64,000 nucleotides of DNA from Schizochytrium sp. TIO01 (Eukaryota > Protista > Bigyra: Labyrinthulomycetes). A program made the position numbers and the translations under genes. The notes under the pieces are model-generated. The model saw only the letters and a program-made list of their open reading frames with translations, was not told where the DNA came from and made no database searches. Shown here one piece after another: positions 1 through 10,450 of this stretch. The stretch lies in contig SMSO01000025.1 of the NCBI GenBank assembly GCA_004764695.1, forward strand, positions 1,922,001-1,986,000, given 5' to 3'. The stretch's first letter is position 1; each line of letters begins with the position of its first letter.

Positions 1-805
1 CGCCTTGGTCTCGAGACACTCGGTTTGTGGATTGGCAACAACGCGTAACGCCTCGAAATTCTCTCTAGCTCTACAGCTAGAGAGAGGGAAATGAGCACCT
101 CGAAGAAATGAACGGGAAAACGTTTAGCGTAGCTGCGGCTATGCAACGGTTAGCAGAAGCCCCTGCTTGTCTTGAATTATAAGGATCCATGATGGCTCTC
201 TTTTTTCTTTCTTTGCCTCTCTTGTTATTATGGCAATGGCGGTTAGAAATCGATAAATAAGAGCTATTGCTCTGTTCGTTCGTTCATTCATTCATTCGTT
301 CATTCACCGTAGTTGGTTTGGAGCGGCCTTTGGGGGGGCAGATGTTATTGTTGCGAATTGGCTGCTAGAGGTAGGGATTATTTGTTATACTATCAGGGCG
401 AGAAGACAGCTGCAGGTTTTGCAAAAGAAAGAGAAGAACGAGAAGCACTTCAAGGTATCTTTTTCAACAAGCTGGGAACTCCTTGCTGACTTTTGAAGAA
501 ATTCATAAGCGCTATGGAAGTAGAGCAAAAAACGGAAGGTTTTGCTTTCTTTTCTTTTCTTTTCATTTCATTTCATTTCATTTCATTTCATCAGTTAACT
601 TGTCCTGCTCTTTTATTTTTTTTTTTAAGCAAATAGGAGTACGTTTTAAAAGTTACTATTTTTTCATTTAAAAATAATTGCATTCCTTTTCTTTTCTTTT
701 TTAATTAAATTAAGATTCATCGAAGGTAACCGATTTGCTCGAATATCCATTTTCTGCACAAGGTAATCTTCAATCTGCCAGGCCGACTCGGTCTGGGGAA
801 AGCAG

Positions 806-1240
806 CTAGAAATCGGGAAGATTGGGCATCATGCTTGACTGAGGCATTGCTCGCGTGCACCAAAAGAAATCAGTGAAGCTGGTAATACCAGTATTCTGTC
901 TGTATTCAATATCTTGGTTGTTTGTTGTGATATCGATCCTTGGATCGTTGCACCATCCTAAATAGTGTAAGGAAGCAGCATTCAAGATAGCGCACGCCTC
1001 CGCAAAAATGGACTCTTGATCAAACTGGCCTTCGGTCAGTACAGGGACTGACTGCACGGCCAAGGAAGCGCTCAATTCAAGCTCACAGAAGACGGTCTTC
1101 TCTCGACGAAGCCAAAGTGAGTGGATAATCGAAGAGGCTACCTTTCAATGACGAGTGCTGGGGTTTACGAGCCTGCGAGGAACTTGTAAGAACCTTTGAT
1201 TGAAATATCCATTAAGATTAATAACCCGGTGGCGTATCTG
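806..1240 (-). mobile_element. Possible degraded 3' fragment of a non-LTR (LINE-like) retrotransposon ORF2
   Basis: The frame of ORF 806..1075 extends upstream as ...PSTRH*KVASSIIHSLWLRREKTVF.... This resembles the W-x-I-W-x-x-R-N-x-x-(I/V)-F motif near LINE ORF2 C-termini. It is interrupted by a TGA, and no RT core is visible. Confidence 0.25.
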
Positions 1241-2719
1241 TTTGGCAAGACTTTACTCAAAATCTTTTCTCCTTCTCTGCTGGTTTGTATACCATGACAT
1301 GACTGCATTCTGTAACAGGTTACAGGCCTAAAAAGCTAAGATGCAGCAATATGCTTGAATATCTATGGTTGCCAGTGAGAAATAGCTCAAGTTCACTATT
1401 CGCGTGGTTTCTACTCAGGAGCTATGACTGTGGAATGTTGATAGGACCTTTCCAGGGGGCGGGGGAGGGGGTGAACCATATGCGCATCCCAAATAATGTA
1501 CATATATTCTACAGTATGTAACAAACTATTCATTTGAAGAAATTACCATCTTTGGTGTGTGAACTATTCGAGAGACCTCTTGCCTAGATAAACTAGGGCA
1601 TTATTTATCATGTTTTGACGATCGAGACGTCATTGGTTCTTCTAATATTCTTTGTAAAGAAGATGATAGAATACATTTAGAAACCATTCCATATCTCTTA
1701 GAGCTCGGCGGCTCTAAACGAGCGAGAGCGTTAAGTACACATTCATGTGATCTAAGTACTCTTCTTTGCGATCTATGTAAGAGAAGAGAACAGATGAAGC
1801 GAGTACGTTCTGATTTGAAGGTGCGAAGTAGGAAAGGTGTTCTACTCTTAACAAAAATGAGAAATTCCATCATGCAAAAGACCGTTGTCAGGTCAGGGTT
1901 TTCTACAATTATAATGATATGGAATGACGACCCTGCGCCGATAAGCTCTGCTCGATCATTAGGGAGCACAAAACTTACAATTGCTTCAAGTGGAGGAGAT
2001 CTACTGACATAGCAAAACATACAGATAAACTAAGATCCTGCATAGATTGCAGAGAAGACACAAGGCAACTAATTACACAAGCAAGCAAACAATGCTCGCT
2101 ACGAATAATATAAATGTCGCTTACAGAATAGGTCATGAATACCTTCACTTGCCTTCATGCCTGTTTTCTCATCAGATGTACCCTCACGCTTGTTTTTGCA
2201 GCATTGAAAAGATCGCCCCTGCTCTAATCACACGAACAGTAGGAAACGCACATGATCCCCTTAGAACATAGAGTGTCACCTGACATTGTAATGAGATGCT
2301 ATCTGTTTAGCATGATTATACAAAATGCTACTTGAAATTGTCCTTGTTGCATGCAAACATTTAAAGATGAAGGTTGTCTCTAATGCAAGGAAGGAAATGC
2401 ATATTGCAATTTCCACAATTTCCGCAATATTGTAAGACCTGTGTTGAATAAAGCTGCTTATGTTACCTACTCAACGCAACTGAAGTCTGATTGAGGTTGA
2501 GTTGCTCTTAACACTGAAATCAGCAAACATCACAGAGGTGGGCTATTAACAATGCGCAAGCGAATAAGCAAACTAATTACTGTGCAATTGCATCAGTCGA
2601 TAAAAAGTGTCAGAGTAGATATAGATTTGCGTGATATGTTATGAAAAAGGTGGATTTTGCATGTGTGCATACAATTAAGAGAGGTGGATAATTTGGCAGA
2701 TTTTACAAGTTCACAGAGG

Positions 2720-4783
2720 TCACAGTAATGTGCACGAGGGCAAAAAAGAGCAGTAAGCATCGCTATGCTCTTGTGTTGCCCACTGGCGCAGGAATGAGTC
2801 ATCCTCCTCATCTTCTTCGGTTTCAAAACTGCTTCGTGAGGCACGAGCACGACGCCGGTTCTTGCGAGCAAATGGATTGCTGTCGAGATATTTTTGTAGA
2901 GCTGGACTTTCCTCAAAATAATGCGGTTCCTGAAAGTGGTGTTTGTTAATGCGGGTCGCGACCATATACGGGAGAGCAGGCATAGTACCATCCACATCGC
3001 TATAGTTAGGGTTCACGGGGGGCAGCTTCAAGTAGCGACAAATTTGGTTACAGCGATGAGTAGAAAGAAATTTTTCAAAGCCTCGCATTCCAAGATTACC
3101 TTTGCCAAAGTCCCGACCATTTAAAGTATGAATCTGTGGGTCTGTGTAAAGGTCACCAACACCTTGGATGTCTACCACTAGCATTGTACGGGCAGAAGCT
3201 TCGTAGGTAAAGTGAGAGAATGCTTGTGGTGTGTTTCGTTCGTCTTCGCTTACATATCCATAGTTATTGTTAAATTTGCGGTAGTCACCTGCTACGAAGC
3301 GTTCCACAGCACAAAGAGGCGCTCCTTCTCGTTCCGTCAGCTCCAATATCCAAGCTTTGCAAAACTCGACCAGCCGCGGAGGATTGTATGAGTTAAACAA
3401 ACGAGCATAGTGAGCACAGTGCGCTTGCATTTCAACATCTCTGAAATAAGTAGAAGGATCCTCGCTAGGATTAATGGCAATTTTCGCAACATAGCTTGAC
3501 CGCTTAGCTCCCCCATTCATCACAGTAACACCAGCATGGGGTGGTGGGATCTTTGCACCGTTGCCACGAAACAACATCTGTTGCGCGCTATGCTCAGATG
3601 CGCTCTGTTCGGCTGCACTCTGCTGCACACCAGCCGCCACCGCGGCTACCGCAGCTGGTGTATTTGATGATGCATTGCCTGAAATACTGGCTGCAAGGAG
3701 GCTTTCTGGGGTTATTGTCATTGGAGGGGGAGGCTGTTCCCTGCCGTCAGGGCCGACCTCTTGTAAATGGTACACAAGGCGAAGACCCCCACGAGCAAAA
3801 GGGGTATCATCTAAGCGAACAATTACGGGCTCGCTCTGCCATGACCGAGTTTCTAAATTGAAAAAGTGCTTCACGGCCTCTTCTGTAGGAATTGTTGAGA
3901 AGTCAGGTGGGGGTCGAGGCACAACAATGGAGCTCGAGACTCGCGACTTGCGACGCTTTGCTCGCGGTTTAGATCGGGCAGCTGCATTGCTTGTTGAAGT
4001 TGTTGAGTACGATGAAGATGTTGTACCAGTTAGTTCATCAATGAGCTGTGATCTGCGCTCTCGATACTCTTCTTCAAGGATGAATCCCTGCTCATAAAGA
4101 GCCGCCAAATTATGCAACTTGCTCCACTTATCCGATGCTGTGACTCCTTGCCCGGGGCCAACATTTTCATTCGTGGTAAGATTGTTGAGTGCATCTGCTT
4201 CCCTGGGGCTATCTTCGCGCCCCTCGGCATGCAAATCTTCGTGGTCTACCTGAGGCCCAGAATCTCCCCCAACAATGGCGCATTCTTGTGCTCCACCACT
4301 GTGCGTTGCCGGCTCTCCGCCAGTCTGAAGGTGAATTCTTGACGGTCCAGATTTTCGAGATGGAGTAGATCCTGATGATATTCTGCCATGTCCTCCTGGC
4401 TGCTTCTGGCTATAGCCCAATTTGCGATCATGTTTTGCTACACCGCCTTGAGTCCTTTCATTCGGCAAATTCTGCAAACTCTGCAAGCTCGGTAAGTTCA
4501 GCCCTTGCGAGGCTTGTACATGTTGCACAGCACCTTGAGTATTGTTTTGGGCATCGTAGAACTCGCCGCCATTGGCTCCAAATTTCATATTTGCATTGGC
4601 CTGACGGTTGGCATGTGGATCTTGGAACTCTCGAACATTTCGAGGTTGGAATTCGCGGAGCTCATGAAGGCTTCTAAGTAGTTGTTTGTCCCTTTCGAAG
4701 TCATCGCGGTCGCGCTCGAAGCTTCCATCGACCTCGCGCTCCTCCGCGATAGGCTCTACTGCAAGGCGCGAGTTAGGGTCCAT
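2720..4783 (-). CDS. Alpha-kinase (eEF2K/myosin heavy chain kinase family) with SHOCT-like domain and C-terminal CaaX
   Basis: Alpha-kinase motifs PFARGGLRLVY, YVAK, YFRDVEMQ, VERFVAGDYRKFNNNYG, PQAFSHFTYE, VVDIQGVGDLYTDPQIHT, FGKGNLGMRG and HRCNQIC. SHOCT-like segment KLHNLAALYEQGFILEEEYRERRSQL. First ATG at 4783 gives 687 aa ending CTLL. Confidence 0.93.
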   Translation of the reverse strand: MDPNSRLAVEPIAEEREVDGSFERDRDDFERDKQLLRSLHELREFQPRNVREFQDPHANRQANANMKFGANGGEFYDAQNNTQGAVQHVQASQGLNLPSLQSLQNLPNERTQGGVAKHDRKLGYSQKQPGGHGRISSGSTPSRKSGPSRIHLQTGGEPATHSGGAQECAIVGGDSGPQVDHEDLHAEGREDSPREADALNNLTTNENVGPGQGVTASDKWSKLHNLAALYEQGFILEEEYRERRSQLIDELTGTTSSSYSTTSTSNAAARSKPRAKRRKSRVSSSIVVPRPPPDFSTIPTEEAVKHFFNLETRSWQSEPVIVRLDDTPFARGGLRLVYHLQEVGPDGREQPPPPMTITPESLLAASISGNASSNTPAAVAAVAAGVQQSAAEQSASEHSAQQMLFRGNGAKIPPPHAGVTVMNGGAKRSSYVAKIAINPSEDPSTYFRDVEMQAHCAHYARLFNSYNPPRLVEFCKAWILELTEREGAPLCAVERFVAGDYRKFNNNYGYVSEDERNTPQAFSHFTYEASARTMLVVDIQGVGDLYTDPQIHTLNGRDFGKGNLGMRGFEKFLSTHRCNQICRYLKLPPVNPNYSDVDGTMPALPYMVATRINKHHFQEPHYFEESPALQKYLDSNPFARKNRRRARASRSSFETEEDEEDDSFLRQWATQEHSDAYCSFLPSCTLL

Positions 4784-7574
4784 GCTTCTTATCTCAAAGA
4801 CAGTCAACCCGATAGGAACGTCTCACTGGGGGACCAAAACGTTAAGCACTTTCAGAGATTTTCAGATGATATAAAATCGTTTCCTGTCGGAGAATTTTCA
4901 CCAAGCTCGCGAGGACCTCACGTCTCAAACCCCAACCCAGCTTCTAGTGGGCTTGATCGAACGCCTCGGTGACGCCGAGATCAAATAAAAACGCGGCAGG
5001 CACACAATACGAAGGGCCTCGCCGGGAACCCCTCTTCCCAGAGGTTTCACTTCGCGCACCACGAGCGGGCGCCAGCGGGTCCGATTCCGCCCGCCAGCGC
5101 CTCGACTTCGCGGAGGATGGCGGTCTGGAGTGTCGCTGGACACGAAAATTTGTCTCGATGATGAACAACGAAAGAAGAAGAAAATAACTCTGTTTATTTA
5201 TTCCCTCATCATTTCTATAGGATATATAAAAGGAAGAGCGGCCCGACAGGTTAAAACTTGTATTTAACAATACTCAGCAGAGAGGCTGACGACTCTTTCA
5301 GGGGTAAAGAAGGGTGTTAAGGGACCCTGAGGCCCGCATCATCTACAGTAACAGGGCGCAATTGTGCAAAGGTGGGCGAGGTGAGACAGATACGGGTTTA
5401 TACAGAGCCCCACTTTTACTGTCTTTCTTTTGATTTGCTTCCTTCCTTTTACTTGGATTTTGACTTTCATTTGTTTATTTCATTCTTCCTCTTCCTCTTC
5501 CTGAGAATACGAGGTTTCGCCTAACCCTCGGGTAGAACCTGCTAGTACCTCCTGCATGATTCAAGTTCGCCTTTTCGTCATCGTGATTCCAAAATCGACG
5601 AGGATGACGAGAAGAAGAAGCAGAAGAAGAATGCAAACGCGAGGTTTTATTGCGGCACTACTCGCTTTCCTCTTCTTCTTTTGTGGGACGATGTGACTTT
5701 GAAGGAGAGGAAAGAAGAGTCGAGAACCGAACGTCGTGGTGTGCGTACTTGCTCTACAAAGGCACCTTTAATCTATCTGGCACACTGAGTTAGTTTCCTT
5801 GCTTGCTTGCACGATAACTACCTACCTACCTACCTACCTACCTATGAAACTCTTCGTCGCCTCCTTTTGCAAGTTCATAAGCAAATTGTGGAATCCACGA
5901 CAAACTCCGACGTTTGGAGGGCCCAAGAATGCGATCTGTTTGATGTTCTCTCGCCAATCACAATCTGAGTTTGCAATTATAAAGCTCGGTTAGAAACGTA
6001 CACCTAGAGCAACTCTGTGTTTGCGTGAAGCACAACTTCGCGGTCAACAGCAGTCCCCTCTTTGGTTGAAGATTGGTGGATCCACTGAGCTTTCACTCGA
6101 TAGCCTTGTTCTAAACTATAAAGCGCGAGATCAAGAACTTCAATGTAGTAGTAGGTGCCATCGCACATGTAGGTAGTCACTTACGAAATAGCACTACTGG
6201 TGCCTAGTACTGGTGCTCATGCAATGTAATCCAGCATCAGCTCATGAAGGACGAGAAGAACTCGAGTCAAGACAAGGGAATGAGGGGTTAGGAGGCCTCG
6301 CCGTGTCCATGACCTGATCCAAAGACATATATCTAGCCTTGATCCATAAATGCCATGGACCTTGAGCTTAGGTGCTATGTAGAAGCATTTATAGAAGTCC
6401 TGTCCTGTCCAGTCCTTCCTTCCCCACCTCCTCTTCCTCTGCCTCGAGTCAGCAAGAAATTACAGTTCCTCAAAAGACTCCCAGCACAGACAGACTCTTT
6501 CTTCTTCCTTGGGGGTGGCCCACGGTAGCCATAGCTATGCGATTATTAGCTGGTCTTTCTTTTTTGCAGAAATGAGAGGAAACGCGATGTATTCGCTCGT
6601 CGTCGTCTTTTTGGCAGAACCAATACCATCAGCAATTTCTCAGCATCATTAAGATCGTCCGTCATTACGGCCTTTATCGTCGTATTTATCACATCTCAAT
6701 TTGCCCGAGGCATGCAAGAGCTGCTTGCTTTTATTTCTATTTTAGTTGCGTGTTAGCAATAAATAGCAAGAAGGGAAACCTGTACAAATGTGTAAGATCT
6801 CTGTTCAGCACAACACACAAGGCGGCTTTTCTTTCAAAGTACCAAGTAAGCTATCCCATGATGGCATGCAGATTTACGAATAAACTTTCACAACTTGGCT
6901 TCCGCACTAATAACTTGCAAAGCTGGTGCAATGTAGACGTGGTAAGCCAGAGTCAACCAACCTTGTGATACTTTAAGCTGATACTAAATGTTGTTATTAA
7001 AGAGATGGTTCAAGATTAAGTGTATTCCTCAGAATCGTTGTCTCTGTTTCGCTTTTTATCATGTTGCCATCATGAACTTTGGCAAAAGTCTATCCTCTTC
7101 AAATTGTAAGCAAAAAGATGTAATATCATTGCCATATGCACGTGTGCGCCCTAGGCTAAAATATCTCACCAGTCAGATATGCCATGATTGTTCAGGCACT
7201 TTAATCAAAGTCATGATGCCTGTTTTATGTTTTTCACCTTTCACATTGCCAACGCCATTTTGGTTTTTACTTGCAGTGCAAACATGAATTTTCGTGAATC
7301 TATTGGAGACGATATTGCTCAAGCAAAATTAAATTGCGAGGTCTATTCTTTTTTCAATATTGTTAGTACTTTTCTCGTTCCCAAAATAGCTTCACCTGTA
7401 ACTTCGTTGTGTTTGCTAAACTCGACCTAATAGACTAATACAATGCATAATTCTGGAGAAGAGAGAATCCTTGAGATATATATTTAATCAAACTAAACGA
7501 CATTAATTCTGCCTAACAGGACACCCTACTAGCTGTTTCTTCCTTTGGAAACGGAAGAGGTTGAAGGGATAAAT

Positions 7575-9185
7575 CTAGCAAGCATCAACAGCAAATGCGG
7601 CCTCTTCAGGCACGCGGAAATGAAGACAGTACATCATTTTGCGTGGAGCTACGTCACGGACCTGGCGAACATCGGTGAGTTCACGCGAGAGTTTGGAGCC
7701 CAGGCTCTTTTCGGCACGTAAAATAATATCCTCTTTAAAATCGTCTGCGCTTGAGAAACAATAGCAGTGCACTAAAGGCAAGGGTTTAAGACTTGCACTT
7801 GCTTGCTCGCTGTCCTCCACATCCACTTTGGCACGTTTCTTGTCTGGACCATCATCCTCAGAGAAACTCTCTCCAAACATGCCATTCCTATCATCCTCGA
7901 CAATTGCCCCAGAGAATCGTTCACGCGAGAAGGCGCCGCGGAAGGCATCCAGAAACTCAAGACCTGATGCGGGAAGATTCATTACAAAATGATCAGCAAG
8001 AACACCATCGGCAAGGGTGCGGCGAATAAACACCCGCGCGTCCTCGTTGCTGGGAACAACAAGATCCTCGACCTTATTTACCTTAACATTCTGAACCAAC
8101 GACTCATAGCTCTTGGGATTAAGGTCACTAGCATAGACTTTGACACCCTCCTGAGCGGCAGGAACAGCAAAGGGGCCAACTCCACAAAAAGCGTCTACCA
8201 AAATCTGCCCTGGTTTGAAACGTGTGACAAGCTTACGATGTTCTTCGTGCAACCGAGAGTTCCAGTAGACATCGGCAAAGTTGAAACGAAAGGTACAACC
8301 ATATTGTTTCACCTCGACCTCCGTGTTCTCCTCGCCGGCAATCACCTCCATGGGGAAGGTGCGAAACTGGTTCTCAATAGACCCAATCTTGTTAACTACA
8401 GTGCGCAGCACAGGGTTTTTGTCCAAAATAACTTGACCAATTTGGTAACGCCATGGCAAGACCTCTTCACGCAAGTTCACGTGGGCAAGATGTCCTACGG
8501 TCTCAAACGAGGCAGGCAGCTCCTTGATTTCGGCCGGAATTAGCTTGCGTAAGATCTGTTCAGCAGACAAGTTATCATACCCTTGACGGACCTCCACATC
8601 AATAATCTCTGCACCAGCGCGTTCACGCTCCTCCTCACTCAAAATCTTGGCGAGATCCTCCGTATTGGAAACTTGAGCAGGATCAAGCACGATCACTTTC
8701 TTATCTGCGTGCTCTTGGTCCTCCACTACAGAACGACGGCCACGTCCGCGCACAGTGAAGCGTTTCAGGGTTTTCATGAGACCGCCCACGTTGCGAGGGT
8801 CCAGACGCAAGCCGATGGCGTTGAGTTTTTCCTCAAACTGCTCCTTATCAATACTACGCTTTACATCCTCACCACCAGCGTTCCCAACCACGTCATTGCT
8901 CTTCTCAATGTTGTTATCTGAAGCCGCCATTTTGTGAAATCGATCTTCTCGTGAGCAGAAAGTTCTTTTTAAAACTCTATACGAAGACAGGCTCGACACA
9001 GATGTTGTACACTTGGAATTTCCTTGTGAAACGGAGACCTTTGAACAAGCAGCAAAGTTCACTGCAGAGTTCGCAGACCTGGCAATCCTAGTGGTGGCGA
9101 GCGCTCCACAGGATTCCGCAGCTCGAGTTCTCAACCCGTGTACGCACGAAGACCAAGGACCTCTCGCAAAGACCTTTTGCAGCAT
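7575..9185 (-). CDS. TRM5: tRNA (guanine37-N1)-methyltransferase Trm5 (Met-10+ family)
   Basis: Motifs SFETVGHLAHVNL, IGQVILDKNP-LRTVVNK, FRTFPMEVIAGE, VYWNSRLHEEH, DAFCGVGPFAVPAA, DLNP, HFVMNLP and VRDVAPRKMMYC. In-frame ATGs at 9185 and 8930. Confidence 0.93.
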   Translation of the reverse strand: MLQKVFARGPWSSCVHGLRTRAAESCGALATTRIARSANSAVNFAACSKVSVSQGNSKCTTSVSSLSSYRVLKRTFCSREDRFHKMAASDNNIEKSNDVVGNAGGEDVKRSIDKEQFEEKLNAIGLRLDPRNVGGLMKTLKRFTVRGRGRRSVVEDQEHADKKVIVLDPAQVSNTEDLAKILSEEERERAGAEIIDVEVRQGYDNLSAEQILRKLIPAEIKELPASFETVGHLAHVNLREEVLPWRYQIGQVILDKNPVLRTVVNKIGSIENQFRTFPMEVIAGEENTEVEVKQYGCTFRFNFADVYWNSRLHEEHRKLVTRFKPGQILVDAFCGVGPFAVPAAQEGVKVYASDLNPKSYESLVQNVKVNKVEDLVVPSNEDARVFIRRTLADGVLADHFVMNLPASGLEFLDAFRGAFSRERFSGAIVEDDRNGMFGESFSEDDGPDKKRAKVDVEDSEQASASLKPLPLVHCYCFSSADDFKEDIILRAEKSLGSKLSRELTDVRQVRDVAPRKMMYCLHFRVPEEAAFAVDAC

Positions 9186-10450
9186 GCAGAGCCTCCAACG
9201 TACACTGTGCTCCTGTTCAGAGTCGCGCCACGGCCCTACGAGGATCTCTCGCGCAACCTCGCGACCTCGTTTTGTTTGGTCCACTTCATCCACCACCCGT
9301 ACTTTATTATCTCTTTTTCTGTACGCTTTTATTATTATTTTATTTTTTTTTATTTAAATTAGAAATTAAGAATTAAACGAAGGGCAGGCGCTAGTGTATT
9401 TCTTTCTGGTTCCTTATAAATTTAGCAAGCAGTCTGGTGAATCACGGCAGTTCGCAGAATCACAGGTTATCATGAAGGCTATTCAAGATCAGGCGATCCG
9501 CTTGAAGGACATTGAGGATCGCCTAAGGCGTCTACAAGTAAAAAGTAGTTAATAGGAACAGCGGAAGAACTCCATTAAAAGAACTATGCCCCACGGGTTG
9601 ATATCTTGTGAACTATTCATGATGACCAACGCCATTTTGGCCATGTTCATAAAATCCTTGCGCTACGTTGATTTAGCCTTTTCCATTCGAGCGGTGGAGG
9701 GATCGGAAAGTTGTGTTCGTAGAGCGGGTTTCGAAGCACGCAATTACTGATTTGGCTGTGGAAGTCAGACTTTTCTACTGCTTCATCGAACATGAAAAAA
9801 TTTACAGCTATGATATGAAAATTAATTAACGATGGGATAAAACTGTGACCATTTTATTTCTTTGATCTTTGCTTTCCATGAATGACGTCTTTGCAGCAGC
9901 AGTGCTGCTCTTGATCCTTACAGACTTGACAGCTTTCCTTCTTATGAGCCCTCTCCACCATCCCTGGTCTCTACCCCGTTTGCAACATTCGCATGGGCTA
10001 TGGTCATGATTCTTCTGCTTTATCCCACCGCCAAGAGAACCGGCTTCAACTGTTACATTATACGAAGAACTAAGATCATAAACAAGCAATCTTGATCCAC
10101 CAGCCAGCCCTCATCAAAGCCCACGCAGGTAGGCTTTGCAAATCTACGGACCCATGCATACCTGGAATCCAGGCCCGAAGAAGCGAGCGAATAAGCGAGC
10201 GAGAAATAGACAATGCAATTCAATTGAGTGAAAGTCTTCAACAACAATCCGCGGTTTTTGTTAGGACCTCAGTGACCGACCAACAAATTTGTTTCATTGT
10301 ATGCACGCAATTATAGTTGATATTATTGGCCAGGAGAATAGACCCTCAAAGTGAACTATAGGAACACAGTACAGTAGAGAATCAGGAAAGCAAGACACCG
10401 AGGGCGAAGGAGCGGCAGTCCCTGATTGACAGATACGGCGATAAGACAGG

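Noticed and set aside
1601-2271. 139-aa minus-strand ORF and neighbours
   Set aside because: No recognisable domain and no convincing exon chain.
9420-10330. Coding-like scraps between TRM5 and the coiled-coil gene (e.g. MKAIQDQAIRLKDIEDRLRRLQ)
   Set aside because: Too short, and I could not assemble a frame-consistent spliced gene.
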